From Chloroflexota bacterium (GTDB lineage: Bacteria > Chloroflexota > UBA11872 > VXNJ01): a stretch of DNA of 64,000 bases. Made by a program: the position numbers and the translations under genes. Below the pieces are notes generated by a model. The model worked only from the letters and a program-made list of their open reading frames with translations, searched no databases and was not told where the DNA came from. Shown one piece after another: positions 40,108 to 48,229 of the stretch. Location of the stretch: NCBI GenBank assembly GCA_026707405.1, contig JAPOWW010000007.1, positions 83,749 through 147,748 on the forward strand. The letters are read 5' to 3'. Numbering within the stretch: the first letter of the stretch is position 1; the number at the start of each line of letters is the position of its first letter.

Positions 40108-40656
40108 GTGGCGAATGCTAATGATGTTGCGGCGTACATAGTCGAGAATTGCAAATATGACTTAACCGGAGTGAAGCTCCAGAAACTCGTGTACTACAGC
40201 TACGCATGGCATCTTGTTTGGGATGAAGAACGCCTGTTCATGGAGCCGATTGAAGCATGGGCTTTAGGCCCTGTTGTACGTGCGGTTTATCGGAATCACC
40301 GCCAAGAGTCTGACGAAATAGAGGGTTGGCCGCACGGCGATTCCATGAGGTTGACGGAGAACGAACGGGACAGCATTGACGAAGTGCTCGAAGAATACAG
40401 TGAACTAGGGCCTTTCGAGTTAAGCGACATATCTCACGAAGAACCACCTTGGATAAACGCCAGAGGCAATACGCCTGCAGGTAGACCCTCCAACGCGCGA
40501 ATCGCCGACAGAGAGATACAGGATTACTACAGCGGTGTCTATGACGTAGAGGCCCATGACGCCGCTCTAGCACGAGCAAATGAGGAGAGTCTGAAGACAG
40601 GACTGGTCGGTAGGCAGGCAGTAGTGGATACTCTCAATTGCTTGGATGGAAGTTAA
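40108..40656 (+). CDS. Panacea-domain (DUF4065, SocA/GepA-like) putative antitoxin
   Basis: The N-terminal region KLQKLVYYSYAWHLVWDEERLFMEPIEAWALGPVV matches the DUF4065 core. It overlaps the downstream RelE-like ORF by 11 nt. Confidence 0.6.
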   Translation: MANANDVAAYIVENCKYDLTGVKLQKLVYYSYAWHLVWDEERLFMEPIEAWALGPVVRAVYRNHRQESDEIEGWPHGDSMRLTENERDSIDEVLEEYSELGPFELSDISHEEPPWINARGNTPAGRPSNARIADREIQDYYSGVYDVEAHDAALARANEESLKTGLVGRQAVVDTLNCLDGS

Positions 40657-40903
40657 GTTCACGAGCGGCTTTCAAAGTGATCTCAAGAAGCTCCGTGAAC
40701 CAGACATCGCCAATAGCGTGCATGGCGTTATTCAGAGAATTGAATCAGCGCCAACGAGGCGAGAAATGCCTCGCTTCAAAAAGCTAAAGGGCACAGACAA
40801 TGCCTATCGAATTAGAGTGAGTGGGTTTCGGCTGGTTTTTGATCTGACGGATGAAGTAGTCACGTTAACGGCGTTTCGTCCGCGCGACCATGTGTATAGC
40901 TGA
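40646..40903 (+). CDS. RelE/ParE-superfamily toxin-like protein
   Basis: 85 aa with the pattern ...LKKL...KKLKGTDNAYRIRVSGFRLVFDLTDEVVTLTAFRPRDHVY, resembling RelE (R/Y-rich C-terminal catalytic region). Confidence 0.55.
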   Translation: MEVKFTSGFQSDLKKLREPDIANSVHGVIQRIESAPTRREMPRFKKLKGTDNAYRIRVSGFRLVFDLTDEVVTLTAFRPRDHVYS

Positions 40904-40915
40904 ACATTTCTAGGG

Positions 40916-41098
40916 ATGGAAACAGTGAAAAAGTTTGCATATCGTGTCGAAGGTGCATCGGGCTGGTTTCATGTCACTGCGGATAGAGTGGAAAACTACT
41001 CAGCCAACGTCAACACTATTGCCCTGCGGTTCTATCGTGACGATAGAGTAGTTGAAGAAGCTGTGGGCGTAATAGTATGGCGCGAGGTGGACAACTAA
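40916..41098 (+). CDS. hypothetical small protein
   Basis: 60-aa ORF in the island with no recognisable motifs. Confidence 0.2.
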   Translation: METVKKFAYRVEGASGWFHVTADRVENYSANVNTIALRFYRDDRVVEEAVGVIVWREVDN

Positions 41099-41340
41099 CC
41101 TTCTCCCCTATCTGACTCTACTTTTCAACCTCACCTACCTAAAACCGCCCCCTTTCATCCCTTCTTCTCTAACCTCTAGGGTCTGCTAAGAGCATTATTG
41201 CCAAAACGTCGATTCCCCCACCCCATCAAACACCCCAGTCCAACTCCCGCTATCCTTGACCGGCTCCCGAATTCCTACGCTTCGTGACATCCGGATCCGC
41301 CGGATTGACCGGAGCGGCCAGACAACGGACATCGCCGCTA

Positions 41341-42807
41341 ATGCCCGACCCACGCCCCAACATCATCCTCATAATCACCGACCAGCAGCGCTACGACACC
41401 ATAGGCGCGCTCGGCTTCCCCCACGTCGACACGCCCAACCTCGACCGGCTCGTTCGGGAAGGCGTCAGCTTCAGCCATTGCTTCATTAACGCCCCCTCGT
41501 GCGGACCGGCCCGCGCCAGTCTCTTCACCGGGTATTCGCCCCACAACCACGGAGCCCAGCGCAACAACGATCCCTGGCCCCGCACCTGGGTAGAGTCCTT
41601 GCGCGATTCCGGCTATCACTGCGTCAACATCGGCAAGATGCACGCCGACCCCTACGGCGGCAGGCACGGATTCCACGAGCGCCAAGTCGTCGAGAACAAG
41701 CAGCGCCGCGCCGCCGAGGTCCAGTGGGCCGGCAACCGCCACGTATTCAACGACGAGCTCGACAAGGCCCTCTGGGCGAGAGGGCACACCCGCCTCGAAA
41801 AAGACTATTTCCGCACCCTGCCCGAGTTCGAGACCAGTCTCGGCGCCTACGACTGGCACCTCGAAGACGATCTGCATCCCGATTTCTTCGTCGGCGATCT
41901 CGCGCTGCGCTGGCTCGCCCAGGCCCCGCCGATGGACGACGAGCCGCTATTCCTCCAGATCGGATTCCCCGGCCCGCACCCTCCTTACGATCCCATCAGG
42001 CGGTACGTCGAGCCGTATATGGACCGCGATCTGCCGGTACTGCCGGTCACTCAGGAGGAGATGGACGCCCAGCCCGAGGCCGTCAAGGCACTCCGCGACA
42101 CGCACGTGCGGCGCGACGCCGACTCCGTCGCCTTCCGTCCGGACGCCCCCATGAGCCGCCGCCATCGCCAGCGCGCCTACTACCTCGCCAACATGACGAT
42201 GATCGACGAAAAGGTCGGCCAGATTCTCGACGCGCTCGAAGACCGGGGACAGTTGCATAACTCAGTCGTGATCTTCACTTCCGACCACGGCGACTGCCTC
42301 GGCGACCACGGCCTCAGCCAGAAATGGAACATGTACGACGCCTCGGTCCGCGTGCCGCTCATCTTCTGGTCGCCGGGCCGGTTCGAGGGCGGACGCACCA
42401 TCGACAGCCTGCAGCAGCTATTCGACGCCGGCCCCACCATTCTCGAGCTGGCCGGCATCGAGCCCCCCGAGGGCTTCGAAGCCGTGTCGCTGCTCCCCGA
42501 TTTGGAAGGCCGCGAAAACCCGTCCCCACGGGAGTACGTCTACTCCGAGCACGCCCGCGACACCGTCAACGAAGGCGTCGAGTTCGAGATGATGATTCGT
42601 AGTAAGGAATGGAAGCTCGTCGAGTTCTTCGACCCCTCGGGCGGTCAGCTCTTCGATCTCGTCAACGACCCCGACGAGCTGAACGACCTCTGGAACGACC
42701 CCGCGCACGACGCAATCAGGCAGCAGCTTCGCGAAATCATGCATACCTGGTTCGTGACCAGCGCCACCAGGGCCGCCGGCTGGCGCAACGAACCCCGCTA
42801 CGGCTGA
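41341..42807 (+). CDS. sulfatase (formylglycine-dependent arylsulfatase family)
   Basis: Metal-ligand start IILIITDQQRYD and the C-x-P-x-R FGly motif (PSCGPARAS). The C-terminal sulfatase domain is conserved (SDHGD). Confidence 0.85.
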   Translation: MPDPRPNIILIITDQQRYDTIGALGFPHVDTPNLDRLVREGVSFSHCFINAPSCGPARASLFTGYSPHNHGAQRNNDPWPRTWVESLRDSGYHCVNIGKMHADPYGGRHGFHERQVVENKQRRAAEVQWAGNRHVFNDELDKALWARGHTRLEKDYFRTLPEFETSLGAYDWHLEDDLHPDFFVGDLALRWLAQAPPMDDEPLFLQIGFPGPHPPYDPIRRYVEPYMDRDLPVLPVTQEEMDAQPEAVKALRDTHVRRDADSVAFRPDAPMSRRHRQRAYYLANMTMIDEKVGQILDALEDRGQLHNSVVIFTSDHGDCLGDHGLSQKWNMYDASVRVPLIFWSPGRFEGGRTIDSLQQLFDAGPTILELAGIEPPEGFEAVSLLPDLEGRENPSPREYVYSEHARDTVNEGVEFEMMIRSKEWKLVEFFDPSGGQLFDLVNDPDELNDLWNDPAHDAIRQQLREIMHTWFVTSATRAAGWRNEPRYG

Positions 42808-42913
42808 CATCCTACTGCTCCGCCGCCCGGACCGTCCCTCGGTGCGACCGGCCTGAAACACAGCCCGACCTGTCGAAAATCAAGCCCTCGGACGCCGCCT
42901 CGCGGTCTGGGCG

Positions 42914-43345
42914 CTAGACGGTTTGCGGAGGCTCGCTTTCCGGCCGTTCGGTTTCCCGAATTCTCGACTCCTCACGAATGCGCGGTCGCTCGAGGATCGC
43001 GGACGCATGAGCGTCGTGGCGGCTGACCACCGTCGCCTCTAGCAGCAGCGCAACTTCGTCTTCCACGATCTGAGCCTCTACGGGCGTCAGATCGTGCGTC
43101 ATTACCTGGATCCTTGCGCGCTTGGAGTTTCGGTAGATCGTCACTTTGACTGGGGCGAGCGTGCTACCGCGAATCGGAGACTCGAATGGAATCGTCCCGT
43201 CCCATTGGCGAACCGCGCTCGACTCGGCGGTCCGTTGCAAATCGGGCATCCGGGTCTTGAGCTTTTCTTCCATGCGGTCCAGCAACGCGGGAACTATCGT
43301 CGTCGCCGCCACCGCAATCGCCGCAATGCAGAAGATGCAGGGCAT
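42914..43345 (-). CDS. small membrane-anchored partner protein of the upstream tandem-AAA+ ATPase (conserved unknown C-terminal domain)
   Basis: The ATG overlaps the TGA of the 891-aa ATPase gene (TGATG). An N-terminal TM (MPCIFCIAAIAVAATTIVPALL) is present. The C-terminal region (..ARIQV..VSRHD..) is homologous to ORF 59169-59579. Confidence 0.55.
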   Translation of the reverse strand: MPCIFCIAAIAVAATTIVPALLDRMEEKLKTRMPDLQRTAESSAVRQWDGTIPFESPIRGSTLAPVKVTIYRNSKRARIQVMTHDLTPVEAQIVEDEVALLLEATVVSRHDAHASAILERPRIREESRIRETERPESEPPQTV

Positions 43346-46020
43346 CAGACCAGCCTCGGTGAGCGCGCCGCGAACGCGCTCTCGAAGTCGTTCGGCCCCA
43401 CGACCACCTCCCGGCCTTGCGGCGTCCGCATCAGCGCCTGGATCGCCGCCTCCTGGCAAAGCGCCCTGATGTCGGCTCCGCTCAACCCCTCTGTTTCGTC
43501 GGTCAATGTCACGGGATCGAACCCCTCCCTAAGCGGCATCTTCGAAGAAAACATCTCCAGTAGCGCTGCGCGATTGCCCGCGTCCGGCAGGCCGACTTCG
43601 ATCTGCCGCCCCAGCCGGCCGCCGCGAAGCAAAGCCTCATCGATCATGTGCCTGCGGTTGGTCGCTCCCAAAACGAAGATCCCCGGACCGCTCCCTAGTC
43701 CATCGATCTCCTGCAGCAGTTGGTTGACCACTTGATCCATACTTGAGCCAAAGGCGCTCATTCCGCCCCTGCTCGGCGCTATCGCGTCGATTTCGTCCAG
43801 AAAGATTATCGACGGCCGGTGCTCCCGGGCGCGCGAGAATAGCCGCTCGACGTTTCGTTGCGACTGCCCCAGCCACTTCGAGACGATATCCGAACCCGTA
43901 ACCGGATAGAAGCTGCACTTGGCCTCCGCTGCCAGCACGCGCGCGATCATGGTTTTTCCCGTTCCTGGGGGACCGTAGAGCAACGCCCCGCTCGGCGGTG
44001 CGATTCCAAGTTGACGAGCGCGCTCGCTGTCCTCGATGAGCTTTTGAAGCTCCTGGAGTTCCCGCTTCGTGTGTTCCGGGAGAATCAGGCTGTCCCAACT
44101 CCACGATTCAGAGCTTGGACGGTCCTTGCCGCCCCGCCCCCTGGTGGTCGCTTCAAGCAGCTCTTGCGTTATCTCGCTCGTCTCGCTCCCCGCCCGCAAG
44201 TCGGCCAGCACGTTCAGCGCCGAGGTGTTCACGATGTCCGCTATCGCCGCCGCCGACAGCCCTTCCGCGAGTCTCGCCAGCTCGTCCACGTCGATATCTT
44301 CCGCCGTGGGCCGGCCCGATAGCTGCGCCTCGAAAATGGATGCCCGCGCCGCGCTGTCTGGCATATCGACCCTGATTCGCCTGTCGAATCTACCCGGTCG
44401 TATGACCGCGGGATCGAGCTGGTCGAAGTGGTTAGTCGCCGCGACGACGATAACCTCCGGACTGTCCCGCACGCCTTCAAGGCTCCGCAGCAGTTGCGTC
44501 AGCGATCGAAGATCGTCGCTCGACCCGGGCGTGTCGTCCCGGCGAGTCCCTATGGCGTCGAACTCGTCGAAGAACATGATGACCGGGACGTTAGCTCTGG
44601 CTATGTCGAAAGCGCGTGCGATCTTCTTGGCTGACTCACCGCGAAAGGAGCTTGTGAGCTCAACGCTGCCCAGCGACAGGAAGTTGCAGCCGTACTCTCC
44701 CGCCGCGGCCTTGGCCAGGAACGTCTTCCCCGTGCCCGGCGGCCCGAACAGCAGGATGCCGTTGAATGCCACCTTGAGCTCCAGCGCCTCGCCCGGAAAG
44801 GCCAGGACAAGACCCACGGTATCCCGAAGCTGCTGCTTGACCGATTCCATCCCTCCAACGTCGTCGAGCGTCGGACACTCGAAGGGCGGGACGACTTTGA
44901 AGTCTTCGTCAGCGCTGGCCGCGACGGTCGGAGCAGCCATCGTCGGAGCGCCCCCCGTCCGCGCTGGCGCTTGAGTTACGGGCGGGCTGGGCGGCGGCGC
45001 GGTTGGGACACTCGATGCGCGGGGCGGCGGCTCCAACCCAATCGCGGGCTTGGGCGCGCCCGCCGTCGCCGGTTCCGCCGCTGGTGGCATTATCGACGCT
45101 GCCGGCTCTGCCCCGTCCTCGATTTGCGTGAGCCGCGCGCCGCTGGGACGCAGCAGCCGCCATCCGTACAACCACGCCAGCGCCGAACCGCCGCCAATGA
45201 TCATGAGTGCGGCAAATGACGCCGAATCGCCCCCGCCAGCGGCGGCCCCTAAAACGACGAAAAGGCCGATAACCGCAAGATATGCGGCAATACATCGATA
45301 CGTCCAGAGCCACCGTTGGTGGCGATTCCATCCCGGCGCGACCCATATCAACACGCTTCCGATCACGGTTGCGCAGGCGACGCTGACAATCGGTCTGGCC
45401 GCGAAGACAGCTTTTACGCCTCCGCGCGGTTCGCGTCGCGCCAGTTTGCCGCGCACCTGACTACTCGGTGCCCATCGCATCACCGCCAAGAGGATTCCCA
45501 GCAGCGCGAAGAAGCCCGTCGCCCAGTCCTCGAACGCCTTTACAAATCCGATATGAGGCCAGGCACCTAACGGCTTGATCCGGTCGGTATCTCTAACCAT
45601 CCTGAGCGATTGGCCGTCGAGGACTAATACGCCCACAACCATCTCGGAGTCAGTCAATGAATACAGCACCCAAACGGGTCCCCCGACGGCGTCTTGCACG
45701 TCCACCCCCGCCAAAGTCCGCGACTTGTAGGACGGCCTCGCTTCCCAGACCGCGTCCAGGACTCTCTGGGGTATCGCGTCGTCTTTCAAGTTCGCGTGCG
45801 CGAGATCGCCGGGACCTTCCGATGGGAAACCCGGATTGCGCAGAAAATAGACTGCGGCGGCCACGTAGGCCGCAAGCACCACGAGCCCCAACAGCATGTA
45901 GCCGCGCTTCAGGCGGCTATGCCGTTCGACCGGGTTCAGGCTCTCGTCCCCGGCTAGAAGGTTACGAACGGGGAACGATGTCCCGCTGAAACTCTGGCTC
46001 TCCGTTTCCATGTCCCGCAA
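43345..46020 (-). CDS. membrane-anchored tandem-AAA+ ATPase (two classic-clade AAA domains; CDC48/SpoVK-like)
   Basis: An N-terminal ~300 aa with ~5 TM helices and a ~100-aa loop is followed by a Pro/Ala-rich linker. D1 carries Walker A FGPPGTGKT and Walker B FFDEFDA; D2 carries YGPPGTGKT and IFLDEIDA. An SWSWD...LQELQKLIED inter-domain motif is shared with the 59576-61339 paralog. Confidence 0.8.
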   Translation of the reverse strand: MRDMETESQSFSGTSFPVRNLLAGDESLNPVERHSRLKRGYMLLGLVVLAAYVAAAVYFLRNPGFPSEGPGDLAHANLKDDAIPQRVLDAVWEARPSYKSRTLAGVDVQDAVGGPVWVLYSLTDSEMVVGVLVLDGQSLRMVRDTDRIKPLGAWPHIGFVKAFEDWATGFFALLGILLAVMRWAPSSQVRGKLARREPRGGVKAVFAARPIVSVACATVIGSVLIWVAPGWNRHQRWLWTYRCIAAYLAVIGLFVVLGAAAGGGDSASFAALMIIGGGSALAWLYGWRLLRPSGARLTQIEDGAEPAASIMPPAAEPATAGAPKPAIGLEPPPRASSVPTAPPPSPPVTQAPARTGGAPTMAAPTVAASADEDFKVVPPFECPTLDDVGGMESVKQQLRDTVGLVLAFPGEALELKVAFNGILLFGPPGTGKTFLAKAAAGEYGCNFLSLGSVELTSSFRGESAKKIARAFDIARANVPVIMFFDEFDAIGTRRDDTPGSSDDLRSLTQLLRSLEGVRDSPEVIVVAATNHFDQLDPAVIRPGRFDRRIRVDMPDSAARASIFEAQLSGRPTAEDIDVDELARLAEGLSAAAIADIVNTSALNVLADLRAGSETSEITQELLEATTRGRGGKDRPSSESWSWDSLILPEHTKRELQELQKLIEDSERARQLGIAPPSGALLYGPPGTGKTMIARVLAAEAKCSFYPVTGSDIVSKWLGQSQRNVERLFSRAREHRPSIIFLDEIDAIAPSRGGMSAFGSSMDQVVNQLLQEIDGLGSGPGIFVLGATNRRHMIDEALLRGGRLGRQIEVGLPDAGNRAALLEMFSSKMPLREGFDPVTLTDETEGLSGADIRALCQEAAIQALMRTPQGREVVVGPNDFESAFAARSPRLV

Positions 46021-46075
46021 CCATGTCTACGCCGAAAACATACGGCTATAGGTTAGAGCAACCCGCTGCCCTGCG

Positions 46076-46152
46076 CCGTTCTCACTTATTCATCGTGAAC
46101 TTGCCGAAAACCGCTCATCCTGAGCTTGTCGAAGGGTCGAACGATGAACAGC
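46076..46152. repeat. dispersed palindromic intergenic repeat, copy B
   Basis: Contains ...gctcatcctgagcttgtcgaagggtcgaacgatgaac... and generates the spurious ORF 46023-46340. Confidence 0.6.
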
Positions 46153-46231
46153 GCCCAGGTCAGGCGTCTACCGAATCCGACGGAATCCGCCTCGCTCGGC
46201 AAGCGCCGTCATTTCGCCTGAAAAGTCAACC

Positions 46232-46657
46232 TCAGTCGATAACCGCCAGCGCCTCGATTTCCACCAGCAGCGAGGGTAGCACCAGCTCCGCCCTCAGGGT
46301 CGAGCGGGCCGGTGGGGCGTCGCTGAAGAACTCGTTGTAGACGGCGTTCATGCCCTTGTAGAGGCTCATGTCCGAGATGAACACCGTTGTCTTGATCACG
46401 TCCTGCATCGAAGCACCGGCGGCTTCCAGCGCCGTCTTGATGTTCTTCAGCACCGCGCGCGTCTGAGCTTCGATATCACCCTCTCCCACCACGTTGCCCT
46501 CGGTATCCAGCGCCACCACCCCGGCGGTGGCCACCATCGAGCCTTTCTTTACCACCTGGCTGTAGGCGGCGAGCGGCGTGGGCAGTCCGGGCGGGTTGAT
46601 TCGTTCTGCGTCCAATTGGGACCTCCGTCGTGTGCGGGCGGATTTCGTCATCGCCAA
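46232..46657 (-). CDS. RidA/YjgF/TdcF-family reactive-intermediate deaminase
   Basis: YjgF signature region present (..AAYSQVVKKGSMVATAGVVALD...TTVFISDMSLYKGMNAVY...RSTLRAELV). Confidence 0.8.
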   Translation of the reverse strand: MAMTKSARTRRRSQLDAERINPPGLPTPLAAYSQVVKKGSMVATAGVVALDTEGNVVGEGDIEAQTRAVLKNIKTALEAAGASMQDVIKTTVFISDMSLYKGMNAVYNEFFSDAPPARSTLRAELVLPSLLVEIEALAVID

Positions 46658-46916
46658 CCATGCTTGCGGCCCCTAGATTATCCAAGCCGCGCCGCGACTG
46701 GAAAAAGCAGCCCCACCGGAAACAGATCAGCCAAACCCCGCAGTCAAACACCAGCCCGCCTTCGAAAGACCGACTCCCGCGAACCGCCCCTCGGCATCGT
46801 CAGCCGCCGATTCGCAGCAGTCCCGTCGCGCATTTATCATCTTGACGAGCAAGTCCCCGCTATATCCGGCCGGGAACGCAGCCAGGTTCCGGGCCACTTC
46901 GGGAGGATGTCTAACA

Positions 46917-47258
46917 ATGCGCAGCGCTCGGCAAGTATTCGACGATCATTGGGACGCGATTCTCTCCGGCGACATGGACCGCATCCTCGCGGACTACGCG
47001 CCGGATGCCGTTTTCGTTCAGCCCCGCGCGGTCGCCCGCGGACACGCCGGAATACAGGCGGTCTTCGAGGGAATTGGCGAAAACGTCGGCGAGATGGCCG
47101 TTAGTCAGGACTCGGTTACAGTCGGCGACTCGATGGTCCTGTTGGAATGGAGGGGCCAGGGCGCCGGCGGGCGGAGCGCCGGCGGCGTCGACTCGTTCTA
47201 CGTCGAAGACGGGTTCATTCGCTATCAAACGTTGAGCTACTCGGTCAACGAAGGCTGA
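46917..47258 (+). CDS. SnoaL-like / NTF2-fold protein
   Basis: ~113 aa cone-shaped-fold family pattern (MRSARQVFDDHWDAILSGDMDRILADYAPDAVF). The start is taken at the internal Met. Confidence 0.55.
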   Translation: MRSARQVFDDHWDAILSGDMDRILADYAPDAVFVQPRAVARGHAGIQAVFEGIGENVGEMAVSQDSVTVGDSMVLLEWRGQGAGGRSAGGVDSFYVEDGFIRYQTLSYSVNEG

Positions 47259-47309
47259 GCGGCGGGGACCACTCCCGCACACCTGACCAAGCGTAAGGAG
47301 GATTCGATA

Positions 47310-48116
47310 ATGGCGGAGTTTGAAGGCAAGGTAGCCATAGTTACCGGGGCGGCGATGGGCATAGGCCGGGGAATAGCCGAGGCGTTCCTGGCCGAAGGCG
47401 CCTGCACGGTACTCGCCGATATCGACGGCGCGGCGGCCCATGCGACCGCCGGCGAGATTGGGGCCGATGAAGGCAAGCTTCTGGTCGTCGAATGTGACGT
47501 CGCTAAGACTGACGACGTGAAGCGGCTCATCGACGCCACAACCGCAAAATTCGGCGGGCTCGACATCGTCGTCAACAACGCGGGCATTCAGCCGCCCAGT
47601 TCCTACCTGAAAGTCGAGGACATGCCCGAGGAAGCCTGGGACCGCATCATCGACGTCAATCTCAAGGCCCACTACCTCACTTCGCGATTCGGGATTCCGG
47701 AAATCAGAAAACGCGGCGGTGGCAGCATCATCAACATCGCCAGCGTCCAGGGTCTCCAGTCCATGTCGCGCGTCTCGGCGTACGCCGCCAGCAAGGGCGG
47801 TGTGCTGTCGTTGACCCGGCAGCTTGCCCTCGACTACGCCGGCGAGGGCATTCGGGTAACGGCGATCTGTCCAGGGACCATCGATACGCCGCTGGTTGGG
47901 CAAGCGGCCGAGGGAACCGGCGCCGGCCTCGACGAATTGAAAAAGGTCTGGGGGTCCGTGCATCCCATCGGGCGCATAGGCCAGCCGTCCGAAATCGCCA
48001 GCGCCGTGCTTTTCCTCGCCAGCGACCGGGCGTCGTTCATAACCGGCGAATACCTCTGTGTTGACGGAGGCATGATGGCCCTCGGAGCGTGGGCTGGCTC
48101 CCCCGCGGACTTTTAG
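47310..48116 (+). CDS. SDR-family short-chain dehydrogenase/reductase
   Basis: TGAAMGIGRG cofactor motif, NNAG, and the catalytic YAASK. Confidence 0.9.
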   Translation: MAEFEGKVAIVTGAAMGIGRGIAEAFLAEGACTVLADIDGAAAHATAGEIGADEGKLLVVECDVAKTDDVKRLIDATTAKFGGLDIVVNNAGIQPPSSYLKVEDMPEEAWDRIIDVNLKAHYLTSRFGIPEIRKRGGGSIINIASVQGLQSMSRVSAYAASKGGVLSLTRQLALDYAGEGIRVTAICPGTIDTPLVGQAAEGTGAGLDELKKVWGSVHPIGRIGQPSEIASAVLFLASDRASFITGEYLCVDGGMMALGAWAGSPADF

Positions 48117-48229
48117 ACCGATTGGGGCAGGCGTGATCACCCTCGCCCCAGGCGCTCGGCCATGAGCCGCGCGCCGCGTCTCCGCCAACCGGATCCACCG
48201 TCAGCAGCCTCGGAAGCACGGCCCTGACC

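Noticed and set aside
41101-41185. Pyrimidine-rich tract (ccttctcccctatctgactctacttttcaacctcacctacct...) as a possible inverted repeat partner of 37211-37260
   Set aside because: Similarity to the left-edge purine tract is only patchy (GGTGA..TTGAAAA..GGGGAGA). It is kept as a boundary observation but not called as a terminal inverted repeat.
41499-42260. 253-aa Arg/Pro-rich ORF in an alternate frame of the sulfatase gene
   Set aside because: Same-strand overlapping frame with low-complexity sequence. The sulfatase frame carries the CxPxR motif.
46023-46340. 105-aa ORF starting in the intergenic repeat (..HPELVEGSNDE..)
   Set aside because: It is seeded by the dispersed palindromic repeat and runs antisense into the RidA gene. 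It is a classic repeat-derived spurious ORF.
46911-48188. 425-aa ORF antisense to the SnoaL-like and SDR genes
   Set aside because: It covers two well-supported + strand genes and has no motifs.
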